A stretch of 64,000 bases of DNA from a virus. The translations under genes and the position numbers were made by a program. This document shows positions 9,397 to 20,900 of the stretch, one piece after another (positions within the stretch are counted from its first letter, which is position 1; each line of letters begins with the position of its first letter). A model generated the notes under the pieces. The model was not told the DNA's origin. It was given only the letters and a program-made list of their open reading frames with translations, and ran no database searches. The stretch is from IMG/VR virus record IMGVR_UViG_3300047667_000558, positions 2,278-66,277 of that record. One strand, 5' to 3'.

Positions 9397-10238
9397 TATG
9401 CGACCATCGCTTTGGCTGGCCGCTTGAAGAACCCGTACTTGGGATCATTGTCGGATACTGTGATCGTTGCGGTAAAGATAACCTGTTGGCCTTTTTTAAC
9501 TTCAGCAAGAGCCTTTGGGACTGTGCCCCATACTTTCCATCCTTCGGCATGCTGAACCAGCATCTTAGTCACATAACCAAACTCTGTTTCCTGTCCTTTC
9601 AGGGTGAGTACAGCGCCCGTCACGACCATACGGCCTTCTACAGGGATAGGCAACGCTGCTGCCACCTCTGCGGCCCGCTGTTCGGCAATCTGTGCACGAT
9701 CCACGATCCGGCCAAGAAGATTGCCAATGAATGATTTTTGCTTATCCGATATACTACCATACTGGACCAACTTACGAACAATGTCGTAGATGGTGTTTTC
9801 TTCCCACTTTGGGTCGAAGTCAAGTCCGCCATCATAGATGGCCCATGCGGCAGTCAAGTTGGCGTTCTCAAGGAAAACTTGTGCCTTCCGCTTACCCGCT
9901 GCGGCGTCAATACCTTTCTTGGCTTTAACACGGAAGCTGCGGAAATTAAGTGCATCACCCTCATGCAACTTTTCAGCACAATCTTCACCAGTCTGGACAT
10001 AAGTGTTGCTTGGAACATGGTGAAAGCGAGCAACAGTCATTGCATGTGCGCCGCAAACGTGGCACGAGCCGCCGTGGTTATGACGGGAGAACTTGCCACC
10101 TGTCTTAGCCATGTGAGTGCGAAATTGCTCTTGCTCAATAAGGTTGACTACATAATCGTCATGATGACTGTGGAACGATACGAACTGATAATCGTCAGGA
10201 TTAATAACGCTAGGGCGGTGAATGTCAGTGCGTGTCAT
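9396..10238 (-). CDS. Hypothetical protein with a putative Zn site (CHVCG...C) and a predicted C-terminal OB-like domain
   Basis: 280-aa ORF with an AAAGGA RBS and its own sigma70 promoter; fold assignment is inferred. Confidence 0.75.
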   Translation of the reverse strand: MTRTDIHRPSVINPDDYQFVSFHSHHDDYVVNLIEQEQFRTHMAKTGGKFSRHNHGGSCHVCGAHAMTVARFHHVPSNTYVQTGEDCAEKLHEGDALNFRSFRVKAKKGIDAAAGKRKAQVFLENANLTAAWAIYDGGLDFDPKWEENTIYDIVRKLVQYGSISDKQKSFIGNLLGRIVDRAQIAEQRAAEVAAALPIPVEGRMVVTGAVLTLKGQETEFGYVTKMLVQHAEGWKVWGTVPKALAEVKKGQQVIFTATITVSDNDPKYGFFKRPAKAMVA

Positions 10239-10266
10239 GTCATGTTTCCTTTTTGCTTACTTGTTC

Positions 10267-10295
10267 TTTATAGCAGCAAGGCGCTATGGTGTCAA
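10267..10295 (-). promoter_or_regulatory. sigma70-type (early) promoter
   Basis: Minus strand TTGACA-17 nt-TATAAA. The -35 is formed by the last codons and stop of paralogue D (GGT TGA CA). Confidence 0.75.
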
Positions 10296-10573
10296 CCATA
10301 TTGTAGCTTAAACATGATCTTTTCTTCGTCAGTCATATCTGGGTTGTTATCAAGCCACGTTTCAAATGGCATACCAATGTCATCCAAAAACCACCATTTA
10401 TCCCCATTTATCCATTCAATAGCAGGACCATCTGTGCGGTGACGGTTTCCGTTTAAATACCATTCTTTATGCCCATCTGCATGTATCATGGCAGGGCCAT
10501 CTTCGCGGTGAAGTTTGCTGTCCAACTTCCAAACTTTGACACCAGACGCATATTCGAATATGCCTGTCTTCAT
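10292..10573 (-). CDS. HRxDGPA-repeat protein, paralogue D
   Basis: Two repeats plus the cap ending KIMFKLQYG. Confidence 0.85.
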   Translation of the reverse strand: MKTGIFEYASGVKVWKLDSKLHREDGPAMIHADGHKEWYLNGNRHRTDGPAIEWINGDKWWFLDDIGMPFETWLDNNPDMTDEEKIMFKLQYG

Positions 10574-10803
10574 TATCCATATTCCAATTTATACATCACT
10601 TTTTCTCCGTCAGTCATATGTGGGTGTTGATCAAGCCATTCTTCAAATAAATAGGGTATGCCAAACAAATACCACTCCTTGTTGTCCTTCCCAGTCGCCC
10701 ACTCAATGGCAGGACCATCTTCGCGGTGAAGTCTGGCGTTCAACTTCCAAAATTTGTCACCATACTTATTTACAGTAATCACAGGTTGCACATCTTTATC
10801 CAT
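10573..10803 (-). CDS. HRxDGPA-repeat protein, paralogue E
   Basis: One repeat plus the cap ending KVMYKLEYG. Confidence 0.8.
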   Translation of the reverse strand: MDKDVQPVITVNKYGDKFWKLNARLHREDGPAIEWATGKDNKEWYLFGIPYLFEEWLDQHPHMTDGEKVMYKLEYG

Positions 10804-11095
10804 ATTCCAATTTATACATGACCTTTTCTTCGTCGGTCAATTCTTGATTTTTGTCGAGCCATTCGTCAAACGTATAACGACCGTCGTTTAGATACCAACT
10901 CTTGGCACCATATGCATATTCAATTGCAGGTCCATCAGTTCGGTGAAGTCTGCCGTCAATCCACCATTCCTTGCGGCCACTCACCAATTCAACAGCGGGT
11001 CCGTCAATGCGGTGAAGTCTGATGAAATTATTGCGCCACCACCTGTCGCCCGCGCCTGTCTCCGTCATTACAGATTGCATATCACTCTCAGCCAT
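10796..11095 (-). CDS. HRxDGPA-repeat protein, paralogue F
   Basis: Two repeats plus the cap ending KVMYKLEYG. Start MAESD (11095) follows an AAAGGA RBS and the promoter. Confidence 0.85.
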   Translation of the reverse strand: MAESDMQSVMTETGAGDRWWRNNFIRLHRIDGPAVELVSGRKEWWIDGRLHRTDGPAIEYAYGAKSWYLNDGRYTFDEWLDKNQELTDEEKVMYKLEYG

Positions 11096-11114
11096 TGTAT
11101 ATCCTTTGTCGTTA

Positions 11115-11143
11115 ATTATAAGGTACATTATCTGTATTGTCAA
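11115..11143 (-). promoter_or_regulatory. sigma70-type (early) promoter of the HRxDGPA island
   Basis: Minus strand TTGACA-17 nt-TATAAT, perfect consensus. Confidence 0.85.
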
Positions 11144-11166
11144 TACCAAAAGGCACTTTTCAGTCA

Positions 11167-11174
11167 CATAAATA
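11167..11174 (+). promoter_or_regulatory. Putative late promoter (CATAAATA) restarting the baseplate operon
   Basis: TAAATA ends 5 nt before the gp25 ATG. Confidence 0.65.
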
Positions 11175-11179
11175 ACAGT

Positions 11180-11545
11180 ATGGTAACATTTGTAGGCTTC
11201 TCAACATACGGAAAAAGAACAGGAACCAATGTCCTAGAAGATAAGGACTTGGCAATTCGTGATCTATTAAATCATTTTTACACCCGCCGTGGTGAGCGGT
11301 TAGGAGAGCCGTCGTTTGGCAGCATCCTACCAGAATTGATATTTGAGCAGTTAGACCAATTAGTAATTGACACCGCAGATGAAGACGTCCGCACAATTAT
11401 TGATTTGGACCCTAGATGGCGACTGATAGATTATGAAATTGACGCAATCGGGCACGCATTGACTATCAAGATTCAACTAAGTTATGTTCCCGACTTGAGT
11501 CAAGAACAATTGGTATTAAAATACACTAGCACAGAAGAGATTTAA
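11180..11545 (+). CDS. gp25: Baseplate wedge subunit, gp25-like
   Basis: DLLNHFYTRRGERLGEPSFGS..ELIFE motif. Start MVTFVGFST at 11180; the longer track ORF overlaps the antisense gene. Confidence 0.9.
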   Translation: MVTFVGFSTYGKRTGTNVLEDKDLAIRDLLNHFYTRRGERLGEPSFGSILPELIFEQLDQLVIDTADEDVRTIIDLDPRWRLIDYEIDAIGHALTIKIQLSYVPDLSQEQLVLKYTSTEEI

Positions 11546-11548
11546 CAC

Positions 11549-14500
11549 ATGGCACAAAGCATCCGACAAAGAAATCTGTTCGCAGCAGAAGATTACAGAG
11601 TAGTTTACGATAGTTTCAAGCAGGCGAATTTCCAAGCCTATGATTATGACACCATCCGTGGTGCATTGGTAGATTATATCCAGCAACAATATCCTGAAAA
11701 CTTCAATGACTGGATTCAAAGTTCTGAATTTGTGGCGCTGATTGAAACACTGTCGTTTCTCGCACACTCATTAGCCTTCAGAATTGACCAAACAGGTCGC
11801 GAAAACTTCTTGAGCACAGCCGAACGCCGCGCGAGCGTTTTGCGTATTGCTGACTTTTTAGGATACACTCCAAGCCGTCACCAGCCTGCGCGAGGTCAAC
11901 TCAAGGTAACTGGCATCCGTACCACACAAGACGTGTACGACATCAATGGACGTACCCTTAAGAATACTACCGTCGACTTCGAAGATAACTACCAGAATTT
12001 CTTGCTTATTATGAATGAAGTTCTAGGCAATGTCAACAAATTTGGCCGACCAACCGATACGTCGCGCATCGGTAACATCAAGCATGACATTTATGCGACA
12101 AGCATTGAAGCTGGTCACAATGTGGTGTTTGGTGTCCAAGGCAAGGTAAATGGCAATAGTGGTAACTTTGAAATTCATGGATTAGAAATCGACAATTCTT
12201 CCAACGTATTACTCGAAACCGCCCCAGACCAAAATAAAAGTTTTGACATTGTTTATAAGAATGATGGACAAGGCATCGGCAGTGAAGACACTGGTTTTTT
12301 CGTTGGGTTCAAGCAAGGTAATTTACAATTCACCGACGTCAACGCCACAACCGCTATTTCCAACTTGGTGGTTGACTTATCAGCCACCAATGTCAATAAC
12401 AGCGACATCTGGGTTCAGGAAATTAACACTGCTGGTGAAATCCAAGACACATGGACAAAGATTGATAGTGGGTTTGGAGCAAACACAGTATTTAATAACA
12501 TTCGCCAAGACAATCGCAAGCTATACACAGTCAAAACAATGGACCAAGACAACGTCAATATTCAATTTGGTGACGGAGTATTCAGCGACATTCCTCGTGG
12601 CATCATTCGTATTTGGTATCGCACAGGTGTAAACCAAACATACACCCTTGATACAGACGACATCGGCATTGTAACATTCGGATATACCTACACTGTTAGT
12701 CAAGACACTGGATCAGATAATACGCACAAGGTGACGTTTACGTGTGAACTTCAATCACCTGTAACTAATGCATCTTCACAGGAAAGTGTGACTAGTATTA
12801 AAAATAATGCTGGCCGAGTATTTGCTACACAAGACCGTATGATTACAGCCAGTGATTATTCAATTTACCCGCTGACGGTCAGTGAAAACGTTAATAAAAT
12901 TAAAGCGGTCAATCGTACATATAATGGACACAGTCGTTTTATCAAGCCACAAGACCCGACGGGCACATACCAGAACGTTGACATGCTCGCGGACGATGGC
13001 TACATTTACAGCGAAGGCATTACGTACAGGTCAAATCTTGCGTTACCGTCTACCCTAACGTCTGAACAAATATATGAACGCTTCATTGCAGACTTAATTG
13101 AAAATCCTGAAATTGTCAATTTATTCTATACCAAATATGACGTAACTGAGATTGACTTTTCGACATCAGTGGGTAGCTATGAGTGGCAGCAGATCACGTC
13201 AGGATACCGTGGTAGTACAGGTTATTTGACACTTAATAGTGAAATTCAAAAAGCTGGCAAAAACGCAACTAATGACTTAGTCACGGCTGCTCCAGGATCA
13301 ATTGTAGAATTTATTGAAACACCATATAATGCAGGTACATTAGGCGTGATCGGCCAAACATTAAGTATCATTAACGCAGGTAGTGGTTACACCAGTGCAC
13401 CAACTGTAACCGTACAGGGCACAGGCACGGGGGCTACGGCAACTGCAACTGTATCTGGTGGCCAACTTGCGGCCATCACGTTGACAAATGGTGGCACAGG
13501 CTATCAAAACCCTGTAGTTATAAGTATTTCTGGTGGCGGCGGCGCGGGCGCAGAAGTTGTGGCTGTGGCCACAACTGCTTCACGTAGTTGGGCTAGAGTA
13601 GTCGATATTGTGAACGACGGTCAAGGTATCAACGACAGCAACGGCAACCCAACGGGATTGTCTAGTCGTGGCCAAGGTGCAATAATTCTCAATAAGAGCA
13701 TCCCCAACACTGCTAGAATATCACAAATATTTCCCGCATATTCAACCGTGTTTACTGCCGATGAAAAAGTTGCCATTATTGACGAACTAGAAAAGTCAAA
13801 TACATTTGGGTTACGGTATGACACCACAACCCGTGAGTGGATAATCATACACGCGGGTGACTTGCCGTCGGAAAATTCAAATAGTCCTGATAATTTTAAC
13901 ATTTCTAATGCAGGCGACAACAGCAACAGTAATGCAGATCAATCATGGATCGTGCGGGTACAGTATACGGTTAATGCGTGGCGCTTCATCAGTCGCCGTA
14001 CACGATATGTGTTTGGCAGTAATGACCGCATCAGGTTCTTTAACCAAAATGGTAACCGCCGCTTTAATGTAGAGACCAATAAGCCTGACCGTGATCGTGT
14101 AGTTGTTTCCAAGATCAACACCATCCCAGGTGGCAGTGTGTATCCAATTGGCGAAGATTTGCCATTCTATACATATCGCTATTACACTGGGACAGATGGG
14201 TACACTGATGATCGTAAAGTTATTGTTACATTGGCCGACATTGACAACGACAACTATCCTGATAATCCGCTGGCATTCCGCACATTAGTTGATGCTGACA
14301 CCATCAATCTTGGCACCGTTTCAGAAGATGGTTATTCATATGTTGCACTTAGCGACGTTGGGACAGCGACTGCTGGCCGTCAAAATTTGACATTTGTATG
14401 GAAACGGATCAGTACCAGCGACTATAGAATTGACCCAAGCCTTTCAAACATTATTGATATCTTCGTTCTTAACCAAAATTATGATGCTAAATATCGTGAG

Positions 14501-14989
14501 TGGATAGCAGATAGTCGCCTAGCTTCAACCAAACCATTGGCTCCAACGTCAATAGAATTGGAAACACAGTTTGCGGATATTGCCTCAAAGAAGGCGATCA
14601 GTGACTCCATTGTTTACCGTCCGGCATTTTATAAAGTGTTGTTTGGTGAACTGGCGGACATTGAATTACAAGGTAAATTTAAGATTGTGAAAGTACCAGG
14701 GACTACCCTTACAAATAACGAAATTAAATCGAGAGCGTTGAATGCAATTAACCAATTCTTTAGTATAGACAATTGGGATTTTGGCGAGGTATTCTACTTC
14801 ACAGAATTGAGCGCGTATATTCACCAACAGCTGCCAGGCATTATTAGTAGTGTTGTGATTACACCAGTGCAAACATCAGGTGTGTTTGGAGATTTATTCC
14901 AGATTATACCTGAAAGCAACGAACTATTCATTCCGGACATAATACTACAAGATATCGACATTGTCGATACATTAAACTCATTAAGGTAA
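11549..14989 (+). CDS. gp6: Baseplate wedge subunit, gp6-like
   Basis: DFDTIR-like N-terminus (YDYDTIR), ENFLSTAERRASV, IQFGDGVF, ES..SIK.NA...FATQDRMITASDY, and C-terminal WDFGE. Confidence 0.88.
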   Translation: MAQSIRQRNLFAAEDYRVVYDSFKQANFQAYDYDTIRGALVDYIQQQYPENFNDWIQSSEFVALIETLSFLAHSLAFRIDQTGRENFLSTAERRASVLRIADFLGYTPSRHQPARGQLKVTGIRTTQDVYDINGRTLKNTTVDFEDNYQNFLLIMNEVLGNVNKFGRPTDTSRIGNIKHDIYATSIEAGHNVVFGVQGKVNGNSGNFEIHGLEIDNSSNVLLETAPDQNKSFDIVYKNDGQGIGSEDTGFFVGFKQGNLQFTDVNATTAISNLVVDLSATNVNNSDIWVQEINTAGEIQDTWTKIDSGFGANTVFNNIRQDNRKLYTVKTMDQDNVNIQFGDGVFSDIPRGIIRIWYRTGVNQTYTLDTDDIGIVTFGYTYTVSQDTGSDNTHKVTFTCELQSPVTNASSQESVTSIKNNAGRVFATQDRMITASDYSIYPLTVSENVNKIKAVNRTYNGHSRFIKPQDPTGTYQNVDMLADDGYIYSEGITYRSNLALPSTLTSEQIYERFIADLIENPEIVNLFYTKYDVTEIDFSTSVGSYEWQQITSGYRGSTGYLTLNSEIQKAGKNATNDLVTAAPGSIVEFIETPYNAGTLGVIGQTLSIINAGSGYTSAPTVTVQGTGTGATATATVSGGQLAAITLTNGGTGYQNPVVISISGGGGAGAEVVAVATTASRSWARVVDIVNDGQGINDSNGNPTGLSSRGQGAIILNKSIPNTARISQIFPAYSTVFTADEKVAIIDELEKSNTFGLRYDTTTREWIIIHAGDLPSENSNSPDNFNISNAGDNSNSNADQSWIVRVQYTVNAWRFISRRTRYVFGSNDRIRFFNQNGNRRFNVETNKPDRDRVVVSKINTIPGGSVYPIGEDLPFYTYRYYTGTDGYTDDRKVIVTLADIDNDNYPDNPLAFRTLVDADTINLGTVSEDGYSYVALSDVGTATAGRQNLTFVWKRISTSDYRIDPSLSNIIDIFVLNQNYDAKYREWIADSRLASTKPLAPTSIELETQFADIASKKAISDSIVYRPAFYKVLFGELADIELQGKFKIVKVPGTTLTNNEIKSRALNAINQFFSIDNWDFGEVFYFTELSAYIHQQLPGIISSVVITPVQTSGVFGDLFQIIPESNELFIPDIILQDIDIVDTLNSLR

Positions 14990-14993
14990 ATTG

Positions 14994-17900
14994 ATGGCAA
15001 TAGACTACAGAGCACGTCCAACCGACGCAAAAAACTTTACTACCAGCTCAGAAGTAAATCTGACACAGGATTTCCAAGATTATAGCGAGTTTTTACCTGC
15101 TATAAATCGCACGGAATCCTTACAGAATTTCTTTGGCGCAACGGTTAATCAGCTACTCAGTAGCGGATCAACACAAAGTATTGACGCATATTGGGGACGC
15201 TTGTCAGGTCGCAATTATAATCCTGAAAATGAATTATTTCAACCTGAAAACTCGGCAACCCGCCTCAACTATCAATTTCAACCTGGTGTGGTTAGTCGTC
15301 TTGCTGGTAAGCCACAACAAACAACGTCATACGTCAATTGGCTGAACCGTTTGGAAAGCTTGGGCGCAGACGTGAATAACCATGACCGACTATTCAGTGA
15401 GCAAGGCTACGTTTTAGATTTACCCATCAACGCAGACATGTTTACCAATCACCATAATTATTACTGGTTAGAGGGTGATATCCCTCTGATTGAAATTGAG
15501 CTAGGTGGCCCAGATACATTTGACATTGACAAAATTCCGGCTAAATCACAGCACACGACTGCAATTTTATCTAATCACAGAACGGTTGAATTTGTGACAG
15601 GCTTGCGCGTCAAATTCATTGGTACGAACATCATCAGTACAAGCGGAAATTACCCAGTAGACTCGATCTATTACGTAGAAAATGTTGGCGGCAAAGGTGG
15701 CATCAAACTTATTGAAATTGAAAACGCGGCAGGAGACATTCTGTTTCCAACGATAACGCCATACTATATTGAACATACGACAGACTGGAACTTGGCCACA
15801 CATGATCCTACCGTACCAGATGATAATTACTCACTTAACAAAACTTACACGGTCATGGAACGTTGGGCAAGTGATAAAAATCCTTGGGCTAGAACTAACC
15901 ACTGGTTCTCTATTCATGCAATTCAGATTGCGGTCGAATTTAACAATCTATCGTTAGAAGTATATGCGAATAAATTTAATCGCTCATCTCGTCCAATTAT
16001 TGAATTTAATGCCAATATGGAGCTAACCCAAACTTGTAAAAATTACGTCGAAAATGTAGACTATGTGGTGTCATCAGCACAAATGACTGCCATGACAGGG
16101 GAATCTGAATATTACATTGACGACGACTACACATTAGAAGATGGGGATATCGTACTTGCAGTGACACTCGCTGCAGACAACGTAGGACCATTCAGTACAA
16201 GCTTTGGCGGAGCATACGGCACAGCCTACACGCCATCCGAAAGTGCATTTGACTCGAACTACAACGATGCATACGGCAACCGCGACGACTCTTCAATTTA
16301 TGCTGAGTCATATACAGTTAGCGGCGTAGGTTCTAGCATCCAGTTGACTCAAAAAACCGCGTTTAACCTTGACGATTATGTTCTCGTAAATAAAGGTTCA
16401 GAGATAGGGTATGTATATTGCTTAATCGCAAAAGGATGGGAAATTGGACAAAATAAACACAATAATGGTACAGCGCCATTGTTTATTTTGTATGACGAAC
16501 ACAATGTCTCCTTAAATGACTTCCCTACTACGGATTTTGCGGGTGATACAATCTTTAGTTACGCAACTAGTTTGACTGGCGCGTATGACCGTGAGTTAGG
16601 TATCAGACCTGACTTCACAAATTCAGGAACATTTGGTAATTACAATTTTGACTGGACATTGAATAACAACCGTTATAATCAAAATGTCACTGTTGTATCC
16701 CGTGAAGAAATTCGCGGCCTATATTATTTCCGCAACTGGGTTGACGACGCATATTACAATGGATGGTCCAACATTGTTGGTGGACAACGCGTCCCTATTA
16801 TCCAGACACAGGTGTCTGACGGCATAAACAATATTGTTTTTGAACTTGGTACAGACGCAATTAGTAAGTCAACTGAATATACTGTTGCCATGGTAGAAGG
16901 CCAACTACGTTGGTATACCAACAACTATATTGACCGTACCGCAATTGGATACGACAATCCTGAATTGATTATGAAACATGACACAAATTACACATTTAAT
17001 GACTTAATTTTTGACGACGCTAGTAAACTAGAAATGGTAGACCCATATGGAAACGCCGACGCGAATATCACCTATGGTGGCCCAGATACAGTTAAAACAT
17101 TTAGTGTCGCAGCAGCATATGAATATGACACTGTTGTTTACCGTAGAGCAGATGATCCGTCTGTTTCTGGCGAAATTTTTATTACTGACGCCAATCATAA
17201 TAGTTATGAAGTAATCAAAAATGGCCAACGATTAATTGACGGTAGCGATTTTACCTTTAGTGGGACACAAATAACACTGACTGATATATTAGCAGAAAAC
17301 GACGTAGTAGAATTAAGCTACGTTGCCAACACTGATATGTCCAATGTTGTGTACGACGTTGCCCCAGTGCATTTCTACAATAGTGAAAATACACCATTTT
17401 CTACCGCAGGATATGATGACATCAATAAGCACTTGAGTAGCCAATTGAGCGCATTACCTGGGTTCACGGGTGACGTAAATGGACTAAACAATTATCACCA
17501 GACACTTCGTCAGCACACACATGGTGGAATAATTCGCCAACAAATATTTGAAACTAAAAAGATACAGTATCTATTAGATCAAGAAGACATCAACCCAATT
17601 CGTGCCCTGAAATCTTTCAGCCGCGACTACGCTGACTTTAAGCAATTCTTTAAGAATAAGGTGCAACAATTATGGACTACCCGTAGTTGGGATACAGTAC
17701 AATCACTGGTTAATCAAGCATTGAGTGATATTAATATTGGTAAAAACGCAACGTTTAAATACGCCAATTCTGACATGCTATACTATACACAGGCACAAAG
17801 CGTCACGCACCCTATGCCACAGTTCGCATCTACTAAATTTTCCCTACCACGGACCCGAAACCAATACGGTGATACGCAAAACCATGTAAATGTATGGCTG

Positions 17901-20900
17901 ACTGATTATGACGTCGCTACAGATAGCTCAGTCCAGCGCCCGTTAACAGTAAACATTGATTATACTATCGCTGGCCAAGAACTGACCTTACTGACCACTG
18001 TAAACGTGCCAGCATCATTGACCATAAAATGGTATGATCACACGCAGACAAGCAATGTGCCCTTTAGTGCGGTCAAATTAGGCTTTATAGCCCCTACTCA
18101 AGTTGAAGTCATTGGCGGTGAACTTATCGGCCACGACTCGTCACGACATACATTGACTGGTTCAGATTTATTGAATATGGACAGTGTTGACTTTGACGTT
18201 GTTGGTGCCGCCCTTTGGGACTTTGAATTACGCATATTCAACAATTTAGTTGACGCGCATTTTGTAAATGAGACTGTAGGCCAAAGCATGGCTACACTTT
18301 ATCCCGCCGCTGCACGCAACGTCGGTTATACTGTAGCTGACATTAATACTCGTCTTGACGACTGGTACAATCGTTGGGCAGTGCGCAACTTTGTCACAGA
18401 CATTGATACTGTGGATTATGACGCTGCAGATGAATTTACTTGGAACTACTCATCAGTCGGACCAAACCTTGGTAGCTGGCGTTCACTTTATGTGTTTACA
18501 TTCGGCACGGATCGCCCTGACACCCACCCATGGGAAATGTTGGGTCATAATGTTAAACCGTCATGGTGGGACACGCATTACAGTTGGACTACAGGAGCCA
18601 AGCGTAACTCACTCGAACAAGCTGTGCAATATGGTATTACTGGCAATAAATTTGGCCCATCTAAGGTTGACCTCCGGTATGCGCACCCAACCTTTGACAA
18701 ATACACATATGATATAGTTTCTGGCGACGGCAATGACACCCTATTTGGCCCTGTCACGGCAGGTGTTGTGCCTGCTCCATCCAGCCTAGACGCAGCCAAA
18801 GACTTTGTGTTTGGTGATTGGAGTGAAGTTGAAAATGTTTGGCGTAAGAGTAGCGAATATCCATTCGCCCTCGCCGAGGTACTTCTACAACTCAAGCCAT
18901 ATCGTACACATGGCACATTTTGGCAGTTAGGTCGCTGGGATGTCAGGACCAACGTCACACAAGAACAGTGGATTGACACAGAGACGTGTAATCGTACACA
19001 TATTTCTGAAATTCATAATGAGTTAATTGCTGACGGTATAATTGATCACATTTCTGTGGTAAATGGCGGCGAGAACTATGATTCACTTGATATCGAATTC
19101 AAAGCAGACAAAATCTGCTACAGAAACGCTACGGCTATTGCGTATACTGACGGTAATGCGGTCACAAGTGTGGCTGTCACTAATCCTGGTCGCGGTTTCG
19201 AAAATGATCCTACTACCGTGCATGCAAGCTCTGGCACAGGTGTTGAACTTGAATTCATTCTTGACTTTGCCCACACGGTAACTCGACTAGGTTTCAACAC
19301 ACTACCAGCCGAAGAATATGCAGTGAACAGTGAAAATACTAATGCACTATCAACGGCGTTGACCAATTTAGAAATTAACTACATGCTGCACGTAGGTGGA
19401 TATACTGACAAGCGTATTCTACAAATTGAAGTTGACGGTAATTATAACAGTGGGTTAATCCGTATTCCAGAAAGTAGCTATGATATTTTAATTGATCGCA
19501 ATGCACCTACTAATGTTCTATTTTACTCTGGTGTAAAAATTGAAAAGATTACATCAGGCGGTTACCGTGTCAGTGGATACGACTTGGATAGTAAATTCTT
19601 TAATTTCCTTCGTCCATCTAATTCTGGCAAGCAAGTAGCAGTTGATATTGGTAATACAGAAGTGACCAAGCACTTTAATTGGCACAATGAAATAATCCGC
19701 GTCCCATATAACACAATTATATCTAAACGTCAAGAGCTTTATCAGTTCTTACTTGGCATGGGCAAATATTATGAGACGTTAGGGTTTGACGTATACAATC
19801 GCTGGGAAGTAGAGGCATATAGCGCAATTATATGGTCACTCGACAGCAACAGCATTGACCCACACCATGTAAATGGCATCGATACTACCCTTACGTATAA
19901 GCAAGGCACGCACGGAGTTGTGCAAACTGTTGACGTCAATTATGACGGTGTGTCAAACGTGTTAGATGCTGATTTCAAAAACATACGTCGCACGGAATTA
20001 TTAGTGTTGCGCAATAATGACAGCACAGAGTACAGTCTGAAATCTGATACAGACCGAATTTGTGGTCTCGGCGTCCGTGTAGTGGAATTTGAACATATTA
20101 TTGTATTGAACAATACAACGGTATTCAACGATCCAATTTACCAACCAGAAATTGGAATTGGTCTGAACCGTGTACATCTTGTTGGTGAGCGAACTCGCAA
20201 CTGGAATGGCCGCGTAGAGGCTCCTGGTTACCTAGTGCAAGACAGTGGTCTAGTGCTCAACCTAGAGAGCAGCGTACATGAACTTGAAACAGAATCTGTA
20301 ACGTCGGAAAGCAAAGCGCTTGAACGACTAACACGCCAGACAATCGGGTACAACGTGGGTTACACCAAGCCAACATACATGTCAAATATGTTTGTCAACG
20401 ACAACTCTGCGTATCGCTTTGAAAAGGGTGTCCGTGAGTACAAAGGCACTGCCATTGCAATCCAAGCAATGACTCGTAACAAGAACATATTTGGTAGCAG
20501 CTTTGAGCATGAAATTTACGAAGAATGGATGGTTAGATTAGGTGACTTTGGTGACGTATCTGAGCGCAATCCAGTTCAGTTTGCAGTGCAACCGGATAAA
20601 ATTAAATCTGATCCACAGCATTTCCGTATAAACAATGTGTTTACTAGTGACAAGAGCGAAGACCTGATCATTGACTTGCACAAAGGATCAGCAGATTCTA
20701 TTAGTGGCAATTACGAATCACCATTCTCAACATATGATACCTTGCGTCTAGACAATACCAGCATATCAGCCCTTGAGCAATACCAACCGTTTATGCGCGA
20801 CGCCGGACTACCATTGATTGACGAAATTGACTATTATCTGGGGTCAGTAGATGATGTCGGCACTGTATATGACCCAACCGAAGAATATGCGTTGATCCCC

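Noticed and set aside
9387-10442. Long plus-strand ORFs opposite the island (e.g. 9738-10442), plus the many short antisense ORFs across structural genes
   Set aside because: They are shadow frames of well-supported genes, with no RBS or motifs.
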